Assembly (NCBI GenBank): GCA_037927135.1
Contig: JAXSPP010000007.1
Location: 1-64,000 of the forward strand
Length of the DNA: 64,000 bases
From: Candidatus Pampinifervens sinense
GTDB lineage: Bacteria > Aquificota > Aquificia > Aquificales > Aquificaceae
Direction of reading: 5' to 3'
This document shows positions 10,506-21,240 of the stretch, in pieces. Positions within the stretch are counted from its first letter, which is position 1; every line of letters begins with the position of its first letter. The notes beneath the pieces were generated by a model, which saw nothing but the letters and a program-made list of their open reading frames with translations, was not told the origin of the DNA and did no database searches. The position numbers were made by a program, and so were the translations under genes.

Positions 10506-11402
10506 ATGATAGAGGATCTTATACTGAAGGCAAAAGTGCTTCAATCGGCCCTCCCTTACATAAGGGAGTTTTATGGGAAGACCTTTGTAATAAAGTATGG
10601 TGGTTCTGCGATGGTTGAAGAAGAACTCAGAGAAAACTTTGCCAAGGATGTAGTGCTTCTCAGATATGTGGGGATAAAGGTGGTAGTAGTTCATGGTGGT
10701 GGGCCACAGATAAGTCAAACCTTGGAGAAGTTTGGCATAAAGCCACATTTTGTTGGTGGTATGAGAAAGACGGATGAGGAGACTATGCATGTGGTGGAGA
10801 TGGTCCTGTCGGGAGACATAAATAAGGATATAGTTGCTCTGATAAACAGGTACAGCGGTAAGAATGTGTATGCGGTTGGCCTCTCTGGAAGGGATGGACA
10901 GCTAATAAGAGCAAGGAAGTTGGATAAAGAAGCCTACTTTAGAGCTCTAGGTTTGCAGGTGCCAGAGGAGGATATAGGCTATGTGGGGCAGGTGGAAGGT
11001 ATAAATGTGGAGCTTCTTCAAACCCTTATGGATAAGGGCTATATTCCCGTCATAGCTCCCGTGGGTGTGGGAGAAAGGGGTGAAGCTTACAACATAAATG
11101 CGGACATAGCGGCCTCCGAGATAGCAAAGGCCCTAAAGGCAGAAAAGCTCATCTTCCTTACGGACACGGAAGGGGTGAAGGATGAAGAAGGCAAGCTAAT
11201 ATCTACGCTTAAAAGAGAGAGAGCGTTAAAGCTTATATCTGAAGGCGTTATAAAAGGTGGTATGCTTCCAAAGGTGAAGAGTGCACTGGATGCCATTCAG
11301 GGTGGTGTAAAGAAGGTTCATATAATAGATGGAAGGATAACTCATTCCATACTCTTGGAAGTATTTACAGAAGAAGGTGTGGGCACGGAAATAGTGGAAT
11401 AA
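10506..11402 (+). CDS. argB: Acetylglutamate kinase
   Basis: VIKYGG, VHGGGPQI, NINAD, GGMLPK. Confidence 0.96.
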   Translation: MIEDLILKAKVLQSALPYIREFYGKTFVIKYGGSAMVEEELRENFAKDVVLLRYVGIKVVVVHGGGPQISQTLEKFGIKPHFVGGMRKTDEETMHVVEMVLSGDINKDIVALINRYSGKNVYAVGLSGRDGQLIRARKLDKEAYFRALGLQVPEEDIGYVGQVEGINVELLQTLMDKGYIPVIAPVGVGERGEAYNINADIAASEIAKALKAEKLIFLTDTEGVKDEEGKLISTLKRERALKLISEGVIKGGMLPKVKSALDAIQGGVKKVHIIDGRITHSILLEVFTEEGVGTEIVE

Positions 11403-11507
11403 GCATATAAGGACATTTTAATAGCTTATGAAAAGATAAGAAAAAATGATTGAAAAAAGAAGATAAAGCTTTATATCCTATCTAAAACTACACTCGGGAG
11501 GTTCAAT

Positions 11508-11993
11508 ATGAAAAGGATCTTTCTATTTACTCTAGGTATAGGTACTCTGGCTTTTTCTTCACCAGTCTTTATGGGAGGTGAATACGCCAAAGCACTATGT
11601 GAAGCTTGGAACAAAACTCCACAGCTTGTAGATCAGCTTGGAAAGAGTGAAAGCTGGACGGCCGTTCAAGAGAGGAAGATATTCATCTACAGGGAGGATT
11701 GTGGTGAGGCAAAACAGATACAGCTAACCATAAGGAATGAGGGTGGTAAGGCCTTGTGTGTGTACGGTGGCCCCGCTAAGGATAAAAGGGGAAAGGATGA
11801 CTTTTTGATGTATGCTGAGACAAAAAGATGGTTGGAGATGGGAAGGAAGGAGTATGGGCCTATGAAGGCTATGATGTTAGGAAGACTGAAGTTTGAAGGG
11901 CCGAAGGGTGTGGCCATGAAGAACATGGGTCCCTTTGAAGCCTTCCTTGATATAGTGGATAGCCCACCCCATGATGCCAGTAAGTGCCCTTAA
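11508..11993 (+). CDS. Secreted SCP2 (sterol-carrier)-like protein
   Basis: Signal peptide; GPMKAMMLGRLKFEG resembles the SCP2 C-terminal signature. Confidence 0.65.
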   Translation: MKRIFLFTLGIGTLAFSSPVFMGGEYAKALCEAWNKTPQLVDQLGKSESWTAVQERKIFIYREDCGEAKQIQLTIRNEGGKALCVYGGPAKDKRGKDDFLMYAETKRWLEMGRKEYGPMKAMMLGRLKFEGPKGVAMKNMGPFEAFLDIVDSPPHDASKCP

Positions 11994-12712
11994 AGTATGA
12001 CCCTCTCAAGGGTGAGGCCTTTTGCCTTTGCGGTGTAGGGGCATATGCCCCTACCCGATAAATATTCCCTTATGTCTTCTATCTTCAACTTTCCAAGGCC
12101 AAGGTATACAAGGCTACCCATTATCCTTCTCACCATATACCTTAAAAAACTCCTTGCCCTTATCCTAAACTCTATGAGGTCTCCCTCCTTTGTCAAACTT
12201 ACCTCCTCTACAGTTATAATGGTGTTCTTCTCTTCATCAAGCTTGGCAAAGGCGGTAAAGTCATGGGTGCCTAAAAAAAGCTTGGAAGCTATAGCCATCT
12301 TTTCATAATCCAGTTTGTAGGGTATCCTCCAGCAAAAGGGTTCAAGGAAGGGGTCTCTGGCATGTGTGTTTAAAATTCTGTAAAGATAAACCTTGCCTTT
12401 TGTGTCAAAGCGGGCATTAAAGCCCTCCTGAATCCAGACCCTTTTTATACCCACATCCTCTGGAAGTAAGGAGTTAAGAGCCTTGAGAAGGGTGTCTGTG
12501 TCAAAGCTACGCTCTGCATGGAAGTTGGCCACATACTCTTTTGCATGAACTCCCGCATCTGTCCTACAACAGCCTATAAGCTTTACAGGTTCTCTAAAGA
12601 TCTTCTCTATTGACTCTTTTAACACACCTTGTACAGTCCTTAGGTTGGGCTGTATCTGCCAACCGTGGAAATTGGTTCCAATGAAGGACAAAAGGAGCAC
12701 ATAGTTGGGCAT
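11990..12712 (-). CDS. truA: tRNA pseudouridine(38-40) synthase
   Basis: GWQIQP, RTDAGVHA, FLRYMVR. Confidence 0.95.
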   Translation of the reverse strand: MPNYVLLLSFIGTNFHGWQIQPNLRTVQGVLKESIEKIFREPVKLIGCCRTDAGVHAKEYVANFHAERSFDTDTLLKALNSLLPEDVGIKRVWIQEGFNARFDTKGKVYLYRILNTHARDPFLEPFCWRIPYKLDYEKMAIASKLFLGTHDFTAFAKLDEEKNTIITVEEVSLTKEGDLIEFRIRARSFLRYMVRRIMGSLVYLGLGKLKIEDIREYLSGRGICPYTAKAKGLTLERVIL

Positions 12713-12720
12713 AGAGAAGA

Positions 12721-13164
12721 TTATAGGGAGTTTAAAAGCTTTTCTTCAAGCTCCTTAAACTTTCTTTCTTCCTCTCCACCAAGCTCATGGTCGTAGCCCA
12801 AAAGATGCACAAAACCATGGACTATAAGCCTTTTTATCTCGTCTCTAAAACTGTGGCCCAACTCCTTTGCTTGCCTTTTGGCCGTATCTACCGAGATTAT
12901 GATCTCTCCAAGCAGCCTGTAGTCTTCTACAGGCTCATCAAGGATAAAGGAAAGCACATCTGTAGGTTTATCCTTACCCCTGTAAGTTCTGTTTAAATCC
13001 CTTATCTCAGCATCATCGGTAAAATAGAGACTTATTCCCATTCCTTCTAAGCCCTGAATATCCAAAAGCCTATTCGCTAAACTTTTAACCCACCTGACTG
13101 GAAGTCCTTTCCTCTTTGTCCTCACCCATATCCTGTTCTTTCTTTGACCTTTCAAACTCCTCAT
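12721..13164 (-). CDS. ybeY: rRNA maturation endoribonuclease
   Basis: PTDVLSF, HGFVHLLGYDH. Confidence 0.95.
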   Translation of the reverse strand: MRSLKGQRKNRIWVRTKRKGLPVRWVKSLANRLLDIQGLEGMGISLYFTDDAEIRDLNRTYRGKDKPTDVLSFILDEPVEDYRLLGEIIISVDTAKRQAKELGHSFRDEIKRLIVHGFVHLLGYDHELGGEEERKFKELEEKLLNSL

Positions 13165-14104
13165 AGGCCTTTATTATCCTTGCAACTATAGGATGTCTCA
13201 CCACGTCTTCCTCTTTGAACCAAACAAAGCTTATACCCTCTATGCCCTTTAAAACCTTTATGGCCTCTATAAGGCCAGACTGTTCTCTCCTTGGAAGGTC
13301 TATCTGTGTAATGTCGCCCGTAATCACCGCTTTAGATCCAAAGCCTATCCTTGTTAAAAACATCTTCATCTGGTCCCTTGTGGAGTTTTGAGCCTCATCC
13401 AATATGATGAAGGCATCGTTGAGGGTCCTTCCTCTCATAAAGGCAAGTGGTGCTATCTCTATTATGTTCCTTTCAAGCATATAAACTGCCTTATCATAAT
13501 CCACCATATCATAAAGGGCATCGTACAAGGGCCTCAGATAAGGGTCTACCTTTTCCGCTATACCACCGGGAAGAAAGCCCAGCTTTTCTCCAGCTTCCAC
13601 AGCAGGTCTTGTGAGTATGATCTTATTCACCTTGTTAGCCTTAAGGTGTGCCAAGGCCATGGCCATGGCCAGATAGGTTTTACCCGTACCCGCCGGCCCT
13701 ATACCAAAGACTATATCGTTGTTCTTTATAGCTTCCACATAAAGCCTTTGAGTTTGTGTTTTTGGAACTATGGCCTTCTTCCTATGTGTTATCAATATTA
13801 TCTCTTCCTGAGACTCTTCTTCAAAGGTCTTCTTAGCCTGGAGAAAGTTTTTGGCCCTTTCCCTTACTTCCTGAGCGGTCAGGGTAGAACTTTTTAGCTC
13901 CTTTATTATCTCCTTTAAAAATTCATACACCCTTTTTACCTTATCCTCCTCACCCCTTATGATTATCTCAGTTCCCCTTGCACTTATCTTTACATCAAAA
14001 AGCTGGGAGAAGTACTTTAGGTTTTCATCACCCCTTCCTACTATGGCGTAAAACTTTTCATCAAAGCTTCCAAGATCTAGCTTCTCCTCTACTCTATCTT
14101 TCAT
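13085..14104 (-). CDS. phoH: PhoH-family ATPase
   Basis: GPAGTGKT, RPAVEAGEKLGFLPG, DEAQN. Confidence 0.95.
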   Translation of the reverse strand: MKDRVEEKLDLGSFDEKFYAIVGRGDENLKYFSQLFDVKISARGTEIIIRGEEDKVKRVYEFLKEIIKELKSSTLTAQEVRERAKNFLQAKKTFEEESQEEIILITHRKKAIVPKTQTQRLYVEAIKNNDIVFGIGPAGTGKTYLAMAMALAHLKANKVNKIILTRPAVEAGEKLGFLPGGIAEKVDPYLRPLYDALYDMVDYDKAVYMLERNIIEIAPLAFMRGRTLNDAFIILDEAQNSTRDQMKMFLTRIGFGSKAVITGDITQIDLPRREQSGLIEAIKVLKGIEGISFVWFKEEDVVRHPIVARIIKAYEEFERSKKEQDMGEDKEERTSSQVG

Positions 14105-14178
14105 CGCATAACTTGTAAGGTATAATTATACCCATAGTACTATAAAAATCAAGCCTTATGTGTTAAACTCTTTTCCCC

Positions 14179-15477
14179 ATGGTAGATGTGCTAATTGTAG
14201 GAAGGCCCAATGTAGGTAAGTCCACACTGTTTAACAGGCTTGTTAAAAGGCGTAAGGCCATAGTCCATGACACACCTGGAGTTACCAGGGATATAGTGGA
14301 AGGTGTAGCACACTGGAAGGATAGGAGCTTTGTGGTGGCGGATACGGGTGGTGTACTGGAAAAAGGAGACGAGATGACGGAAGCTATAAAGAGGCAGGTT
14401 CAGAAGTTCCTTGATAAGGTAAAGGTGATAGTGTTTATGGTGGATGGTAGGGAAGGTCTCACTGCTGGGGACGAATATATAGCCAAACTGCTCTATCCTT
14501 ATAAGGATAAGGTGCTTGTTGCTGTCAATAAGATAGATTCTCAAAAGCTAATGGATAGGGTTTATGAGTTTTATTCCCTTGGCTTTGAAAAGGTTTTCCC
14601 CATATCTGCCCATCATGGAAAAGGTGTGGATGCGATCCTTGATGAGCTTTTAGAAAGACTTCCAAAGGAGGAAGAGAGGTCTTTAGAGGGTATAAAAATA
14701 GCCTTTCTGGGAAGGCCCAATGTGGGCAAGTCTTCTCTTATAAATGCTCTGCTGCATGAGGAAAGGGTCATTGTCTCACCTACTCCTGGTACCACGAGGG
14801 ATGCGGTAGAGATCCCCTTTTCCTTTGAAGGCAAGGATTTTATCCTCATAGATACTGCCGGTATGAGAAGGAGAAGTAAGGTAAAGTACGGTATAGAGTT
14901 TTTCTCTGTGGGAAGGTCCATAAAGGCTGTTGAGCTTGCAGATATATGCTGTCTTGTTATAGACCTTTCGGAGGGTGTAACAGACCAGGATAAAAAGATA
15001 GGTGGGCTTATAGAAAGAAGGTATAAGGGATGTGTAATAGTTGGAAACAAGGTGGATTTGGTTAAGGCCAGCAGAAAGGAGATAGAAAGCTATTTAAGGG
15101 AGGAGCTCTACTTTCTTGATTTTGCTCCTATAGTGCTTACCTCTGCCATAAAGGGCCAAGGAGTGGAAGACATACTAAAAGCCTGTGAACTTGTATGGGA
15201 AGATTACAACATACAGCATAAGACCTCCTTTGTAAACAGAGCCATAGAAAAGGTTATAAAGGAAAAGCATCCACCCTCCAGAAAGGGTAAGGAAGTAAAG
15301 GTGTATTATGCTTTTCAAGAGAGCACAAGGCCACCTACGGTGGTGGTCTTTACCAACGACCCAGAGCTTTGGAGACAAGACTATCTTAGGTTCTTCCAAA
15401 GAAGATTAAGGGAGCATCTCAAGATTAAGCATGCACCCTTGAGGCTTATACTAAAGGGTAGGGAAGAAAAGGTATAA
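14179..15477 (+). CDS. der: Ribosome biogenesis GTPase Der
   Basis: Two tandem GRPNVGKS G-domains plus KH-like C-terminus. Confidence 0.97.
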   Translation: MVDVLIVGRPNVGKSTLFNRLVKRRKAIVHDTPGVTRDIVEGVAHWKDRSFVVADTGGVLEKGDEMTEAIKRQVQKFLDKVKVIVFMVDGREGLTAGDEYIAKLLYPYKDKVLVAVNKIDSQKLMDRVYEFYSLGFEKVFPISAHHGKGVDAILDELLERLPKEEERSLEGIKIAFLGRPNVGKSSLINALLHEERVIVSPTPGTTRDAVEIPFSFEGKDFILIDTAGMRRRSKVKYGIEFFSVGRSIKAVELADICCLVIDLSEGVTDQDKKIGGLIERRYKGCVIVGNKVDLVKASRKEIESYLREELYFLDFAPIVLTSAIKGQGVEDILKACELVWEDYNIQHKTSFVNRAIEKVIKEKHPPSRKGKEVKVYYAFQESTRPPTVVVFTNDPELWRQDYLRFFQRRLREHLKIKHAPLRLILKGREEKV

Positions 15478-15488
15478 AATTAAGAACT

Positions 15489-18400
15489 ATGATAGCAAGT
15501 TTGTTCAAAGGCCTTTGTCCCAACTGTGGAGGAGATATTAGCGCAGAAAGGCTCAGTCTAGGCCTTCCTTGCGAGAGGTGCATGCCAAAGGTGGAAAAGG
15601 ATTACTGTAGGCATATGTTAAGGGAGGGAGAGCTCAGCAAAGTGTGCCACATGGAAGAGGAGCTAAAAAGGTGGGAAAAGCACTTTGAAAAGCATCTTAG
15701 GTCCAAGCCTTGGAGCCTTCAGGAGAGCTGGGCAAAGAGGGTGTTCCTTGGAAACTCCTTTGGCCTTTTGGCACCCACCGGCGTGGGTAAAACCTCCTTT
15801 GGTGTATCTATGGCAAGCTATTTGGCAAAGAAGGGCAAAAAGTCTTACATAATACTTCCTACCAAGGTATTGGTAGATTTGACAGTCCAAAAACTAAAAG
15901 GCTTTGGACTAAAGGAAGAGGACATACTTTACTTTTCCGATGATAGTGCAAAGCAAAAAGAGATAAAGAAGGCAAGACTGCAAGAGGGGGACTTTAAAGT
16001 TCTTGTTAGCACCTCCATGTTCTTATACAAAAATCAGGAGATCATACCCAAAAACTTTGACTTTATCTTTGTGGATGATGTGGACTCCTTCTTAAAGACG
16101 GCAAAGAACATAGACAAGCTTTTACTTCTTCTTGGCTTTGATATGGAAGATATTGATCTTGCCATGAGGCTCATAAGGCTAAAGGAAAAGAGGAACAAGG
16201 ATGAAGAAGATTGGGAGGGGCTAAAAGAGCTTGCAGAGAAAGTAAAGGAGGTTTCCAAAAAGAGAAGGGGTGTGCTTGTGGTATCTTCGGCCACTTCCAA
16301 CCCAAGGTCAAGCAGGATAAAGCTCTTTAGAGAACTCCTTGGCTTTGAGGTGGGCACACCCACCTTCTACCTTAGGAATGTGGTGGACCTGTACGAGGAT
16401 ATAAACAAAAGGCCTTTGGAGGAGTGGATTAGACTCCTTGGCAAGGGTGGGTTGCTCTTTATACCTTCAGATAGAAAGAAGGAGTTTGTGGATGAGGTGG
16501 TCTCTTACCTTCAGGAGAAGGGCATAAGGGCTGTCTCCTATGAGAAGCTTGACGATGAGGTGCTAAAAAGCTACGAAGAAGGTGAGATAGACATACTTGT
16601 GGGCATATCCTCTTACAGGAATCCTCTTGCCAGAGGCATAGACCTGCCCCATGTGATAAGGTATGCCATCTTTTACGGAGTTCCGAAGATAGTCATCTCT
16701 TTGAGGTTTGAAAACAACCTTTCTCACCTCTTGTGGGCCCTTATGTCTTTGAGGAGCCTTGTGGCCAAAAGGCTACCGCAAAGGCTAAGAGATATAGATA
16801 GATGGCTTGAAAGCTTGCAAAGGTACCAGTATTTGACGGAGGAGTTTTTAAAGGACAGGCCAGAGCTTGCACAAAGGATAGAAAGGCTAAAGGAAGAGGT
16901 GGGAAGCTTTTTAACCTCCCAAGAGGTGATTGACCTTCTTATGAGCTCTGAGGAGATAACCCTAAGGAAGACGGAAGAAGGCTACCAGATGGTAGTATCG
17001 GACGCCACTGGCTATCTGCAGGCAAGCGGCAGAACTTCGCGCATGTTCGCCGGAGGCATCAGTAAAGGCCTTAGCCTTCTTCTCGTTGATGACAAAAGGG
17101 CCTTCAAACACCTCATAAGGAAGGTAAAGTGGTTCAATGAAGATATAAACTTTAAAGGCTTGGAAGAGGTAAACCTTGAAGAGCTATTAAAAGAGGTGGA
17201 CAAAGATAGGCAGAAGATAAGGGCCTTTTTACAAGGGGAAGAAAGGCCACAAAACAAAGAGGTTCTAAAGCCTGTGCTTATAGTGGTGGAGTCTCCAAAC
17301 AAGGCAAGGACCATAGCCAACTTCTTTGGCAAGGCTGTAAGGAGAAGGGTGGGGGACCATGAGCTTATGGAGACCTCAGCAGGAGATAGATACATAATGA
17401 TCACCTCAAGCTTTGGCCATGTTTTGGACCTAAACAAGGAAGAGGGCTTTCACGGTGTTTATGTGAACGGCAAGCCTGTGCCTGTGTATGAAGTCATTGA
17501 AGGCAAAGACAGGATTGTGGAAAGCCTAAGGCGTATGGCCCTTGAGGCACAAGAGGTGCTCATAGCCACAGACCCAGACACGGAAGGGGAAAAGATAGCA
17601 TGGGATCTATCAGAACTACTAAAGCCCTACAATCCAAACATAAAGAGGATGGAGTTTCATGAGGTCACCAGAAAGGCTATAGCCAAGGCTATAAAGGAAA
17701 CGAGGGACTTTGACTATAACTTGGTAAAAGCCCAAGTTTTAAGAAGGGTTGCGGACAGATGGGTAGGCTTTGAATTTTCAAGGCTTTTGCAACATGCCTT
17801 TGGCAAGCATTGGCTCTCTGCGGGTAGAGTTCAAACACCTGTTTTGGGATGGATCATACAAAGGGAAAGAGAATACAGACAGAAGATATACAAGGTGGTC
17901 TTTCCTATAGATGAAGAGGGAAGGTTGAGGGTAGAGTGGGTCTTTGAAGACAAAGAGTCTGCCCAAAGCTTTTATGAAAGACTTTCCAAGGTGCAAGTGG
18001 AGCTTTTAGAAGAGAGGGAAGAGGATAGGAACCCTCCACCACCCTTTAGCACAGATACTATGCTAAAGGCTGCAAGCGATGCCTATAGGTGGTCTTTGCC
18101 AAAGACCATGAGCCTTGCCCAAACCCTCTTTGAGCTTGGTTATATAACCTACCACAGGACAGACTCCACAAGGGTATCGGACTACGGTATAGGAGTGGCC
18201 AAGGAATACATAAAGGAGGAGTTCGGAGAGGAGTATTTCCATGCGAGGGTGTGGGGAGAGGGAGGAGCCCATGAGTGTATTAGGCCTACAAAGGCCATAG
18301 AGCCGGAGGAGCTAAGGGCCTTGGTCTTGAGCGGTCAGGTGGAAGGGCTAACGAGGGATCACCTTTTGCTCTATGGTCTTATCTTCAACCGTTTTATGGC

Positions 18401-18926
18401 AAGCCAAATGAGGCCTGTAAGATTAAAGGTTTTGAAGCTAAGGGTTGAGGCTTTGGATAGAAGTCAAGAGGTAGAGGTGCCAGTGCAGATATTGCAAGAC
18501 GGCTTCAACAGGCTTTTGCCGGTGGAAGTTTATAGGCCCTTGCTTGGCACTCTGGATGTGTCTCAAAGGAAGAATATGCTCTCAAGGCCAAAGGCCTACC
18601 TTTATACCCATGGAGAGCTTGTTCAGGAAATGAAAAGAAGAGGCATAGGAAGACCATCAACCTACGCCAGCATAGTGGAAAAGCTCATAGAAAGGGGCTA
18701 TGTGATAGAGAGGAAAAGCTTTCTTATCCCTACCAATCTTGGCAAAGAGGTTTATAACTACCTTAACAGTAGAGAGGAGATAAAACACTTTCTTGAAGAA
18801 GAGTTCACAAGGAGGCTTGAGGAGCTTATGGACAAGGTAGAGGCAGGTGTAGAAGACTATGTAGATATACTTATGAAGCTCTATAGAGATATAATAGAAG
18901 TTGATAAAAAATTGGAGGTGTTGTGA
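15489..18926 (+). CDS. rgy: Reverse gyrase
   Basis: N-terminal CPNCGG Zn finger, helicase-like APTGVGKT/DDVD, type IA topoisomerase VESPNKA, DPDTEGE, ITYHRTD. Confidence 0.97.
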   Translation: MIASLFKGLCPNCGGDISAERLSLGLPCERCMPKVEKDYCRHMLREGELSKVCHMEEELKRWEKHFEKHLRSKPWSLQESWAKRVFLGNSFGLLAPTGVGKTSFGVSMASYLAKKGKKSYIILPTKVLVDLTVQKLKGFGLKEEDILYFSDDSAKQKEIKKARLQEGDFKVLVSTSMFLYKNQEIIPKNFDFIFVDDVDSFLKTAKNIDKLLLLLGFDMEDIDLAMRLIRLKEKRNKDEEDWEGLKELAEKVKEVSKKRRGVLVVSSATSNPRSSRIKLFRELLGFEVGTPTFYLRNVVDLYEDINKRPLEEWIRLLGKGGLLFIPSDRKKEFVDEVVSYLQEKGIRAVSYEKLDDEVLKSYEEGEIDILVGISSYRNPLARGIDLPHVIRYAIFYGVPKIVISLRFENNLSHLLWALMSLRSLVAKRLPQRLRDIDRWLESLQRYQYLTEEFLKDRPELAQRIERLKEEVGSFLTSQEVIDLLMSSEEITLRKTEEGYQMVVSDATGYLQASGRTSRMFAGGISKGLSLLLVDDKRAFKHLIRKVKWFNEDINFKGLEEVNLEELLKEVDKDRQKIRAFLQGEERPQNKEVLKPVLIVVESPNKARTIANFFGKAVRRRVGDHELMETSAGDRYIMITSSFGHVLDLNKEEGFHGVYVNGKPVPVYEVIEGKDRIVESLRRMALEAQEVLIATDPDTEGEKIAWDLSELLKPYNPNIKRMEFHEVTRKAIAKAIKETRDFDYNLVKAQVLRRVADRWVGFEFSRLLQHAFGKHWLSAGRVQTPVLGWIIQREREYRQKIYKVVFPIDEEGRLRVEWVFEDKESAQSFYERLSKVQVELLEEREEDRNPPPPFSTDTMLKAASDAYRWSLPKTMSLAQTLFELGYITYHRTDSTRVSDYGIGVAKEYIKEEFGEEYFHARVWGEGGAHECIRPTKAIEPEELRALVLSGQVEGLTRDHLLLYGLIFNRFMASQMRPVRLKVLKLRVEALDRSQEVEVPVQILQDGFNRLLPVEVYRPLLGTLDVSQRKNMLSRPKAYLYTHGELVQEMKRRGIGRPSTYASIVEKLIERGYVIERKSFLIPTNLGKEVYNYLNSREEIKHFLEEEFTRRLEELMDKVEAGVEDYVDILMKLYRDIIEVDKKLEVL

Positions 18927-19324
18927 TGCTTCTACTTCATCCATTCTTTGCCTACCCTACCCTCATCCTAGCCCTTTTTGTTTTTGGTCTACAGATGGCC
19001 TTAATCGTGAAATCAAGGAGTGTGCCAAGGTATGGTGTATATCTTAATGGCCTTCTTGTCATCTTTGCCCTCCTTTCTGTGGTTTTTGGCTTTGATGTTT
19101 CAAACATACCTCTTGTGCAATCAAAAGCACCCTTCATATGGACCTTTCCTCACAAGTGGGTAGGTATCCTTCTCTTCCTCCTTTCATTGCTCAGCTTTAT
19201 AGTCTTTTGGTTTAAGGGAGAAGGGGTAAGCAGGAAGATGGTATTGCTTCCATCCATAGGCTTATTACTTACCCTTTTCCAGCTCTTTACAGGCTGGATG
19301 CTAAGACTTGTCTTTTTCTCCTAA
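18923..19324 (+). CDS. Hypothetical 4-TM membrane protein (His in two TM segments)
   Basis: Four hydrophobic segments; overlaps the rgy stop. Confidence 0.7.
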   Translation: MMLLLHPFFAYPTLILALFVFGLQMALIVKSRSVPRYGVYLNGLLVIFALLSVVFGFDVSNIPLVQSKAPFIWTFPHKWVGILLFLLSLLSFIVFWFKGEGVSRKMVLLPSIGLLLTLFQLFTGWMLRLVFFS

Positions 19325-19344
19325 TTGGCATAGCTTTATAGACT

Positions 19345-21240
19345 ATGCTGGAAAGGTATGAGCTTTTAAGAGAGTATGAGGGGCCTGCCTACCTTAAAGA
19401 GTATGACTATGAAAAACTTCAAAGGCTTGCGGAAGAGGTAAGGGATTACATAATAGAGGTTACCGCTAAAAACGGTGGCCATGTGGCACCAAGCCTAGGT
19501 GTTGTAGAGCTCACCATAGCCCTTTTGAGGGTCTTTGACCCTCCAAAGGACATAATAGTCTGGGATATAGGCCATCAGGCATACCCTTGGAAGATCTTAA
19601 CAGATAGGAAAGATCTGTTTCCAACCCTCAGACAGTACGGTGGTATATCGGGCTTTTTGAGAAGGGAAGAGAGCCCCTTTGACGCCTTTGGTGCAGGTCA
19701 TAGCTCCACCTCCATATCGGCAGCCCTTGGCTTCAGAAAGGCCCTTGACCTTATGGGAGACCAAGAGAGGTATGTGGTAGCAGTCATAGGCGATGGTGCC
19801 ATGACGGCAGGCATGGCCTTTGAGGCTCTCAATAATGCAGGACACTTGAGGCCAGACAGGTTTATTGTGATACTCAACGACAATGAGATGTCCATATCTC
19901 CTAATGTGGGAGCCATTTCCACCTATCTTAGCAAGATAATAAGCGGTCACTTTGTTCAAGAGACAAGGCAAAAGATAAAAAGGCTTCTTGAACACTTTGG
20001 AAGCCCAACCCTGAGGGTTATGAAGCTCACAGAGGAGTTTTTAAAGGGGCTTATCTCTCCCGGCGTTCTCTTTGAAGAGCTAGGCTTTAACTACATAGGT
20101 CCAGTGGATGGCCACGACCTTCCAGCCTTAGAAAGGACCCTTGAAAACATAAAGCATATAAAAGGGCCTGTGCTTTTGCATATATACACGAAGAAAGGTA
20201 AAGGCTACAAGCCTGCAGAGAACGATCCCGTCACTTGGCACGGTGTTGCTCCCTATAAGAGAGATTCGGGAGAGTTCATTAAAAAACCTTCTCCACCCAC
20301 ATGGTCCTCTGTCTTTGGAAAGGCCATAGTAGAGCTAGCAGAGAAAGATCCAAGTATAGTGGTTATAACTCCCGCCATGAAGGAAGGCTCAGGCCTTGTG
20401 GAGTTCAGTCAAAGGTTTCCTGATAGGTTCTTTGATGTGGGCATTGCAGAACAGCATGCTTGCACCTTTGCAGGTGGCCTTGCGGCAGGAGGTCTAAAGC
20501 CTGTGGCATGCTACTACTCTACTTTCCTTCAGAGGGCCTATGACCAAGTTATACATGACATAGCCCTTCAGAACCTTCCTGTGGTCTTTGCCATAGATAG
20601 GGGTGGCCTGGTGGGCGATGATGGACCAACCCATCATGGAGTCTTTGACCTCTCTTACCTCAGGTGCATTCCCAACATGGTAGTGAGCGCTCCGAAGGAT
20701 GAGCAGGAGCTAAGGGACCTACTTTACACAGCCCTACAGCACAATGGGCCCTTTGCCATAAGGTATCCAAGGGGTCCAGCCTACGGCGTGCCCACAGAGG
20801 GCTTTAGGCTTCTGAAGGTAGGAAGCTGGGAGGTGCTAAAGGATGGAAAAGACGGTGTTATACTGGCTGTGGGCTATCCTGTCTATCAGGCCCTGGAGGC
20901 CTCTCAGGAGCTCCTAAAAGAGGGCTTGGACTTTGCCGTTGTAAACGCAAGGTTTGTAAAGCCAATGGATGAAGATCTTCTTGAGAGGCTTGCCCAAAGT
21001 TATGAGCTTTTTATCACAGTGGAAGACAATGTGATAATGGGGGGCTTTGGCTCCGGCGTTCTTGAATGGCTTGCTCAAAAGGGCTACATCAAAAGGGTTT
21101 TGAACATTGGTATTCCAGACAGGTTTATAGAGCATGGAAACCAAAATCTTTTAAGGAGCCTTGTGGGAATAGACGCAAAGGGCATAAAGGAGAGGATCTT
21201 GGAGTTTGTAAGAGGAGAAAGGCTATCTTTGAGATACTAA
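19345..21240 (+). CDS. dxs: 1-deoxy-D-xylulose-5-phosphate synthase
   Basis: GHSSTSIS, GDGAMTAG, DRGGLVGDDGPTHHG. Confidence 0.97.
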   Translation: MLERYELLREYEGPAYLKEYDYEKLQRLAEEVRDYIIEVTAKNGGHVAPSLGVVELTIALLRVFDPPKDIIVWDIGHQAYPWKILTDRKDLFPTLRQYGGISGFLRREESPFDAFGAGHSSTSISAALGFRKALDLMGDQERYVVAVIGDGAMTAGMAFEALNNAGHLRPDRFIVILNDNEMSISPNVGAISTYLSKIISGHFVQETRQKIKRLLEHFGSPTLRVMKLTEEFLKGLISPGVLFEELGFNYIGPVDGHDLPALERTLENIKHIKGPVLLHIYTKKGKGYKPAENDPVTWHGVAPYKRDSGEFIKKPSPPTWSSVFGKAIVELAEKDPSIVVITPAMKEGSGLVEFSQRFPDRFFDVGIAEQHACTFAGGLAAGGLKPVACYYSTFLQRAYDQVIHDIALQNLPVVFAIDRGGLVGDDGPTHHGVFDLSYLRCIPNMVVSAPKDEQELRDLLYTALQHNGPFAIRYPRGPAYGVPTEGFRLLKVGSWEVLKDGKDGVILAVGYPVYQALEASQELLKEGLDFAVVNARFVKPMDEDLLERLAQSYELFITVEDNVIMGGFGSGVLEWLAQKGYIKRVLNIGIPDRFIEHGNQNLLRSLVGIDAKGIKERILEFVRGERLSLRY

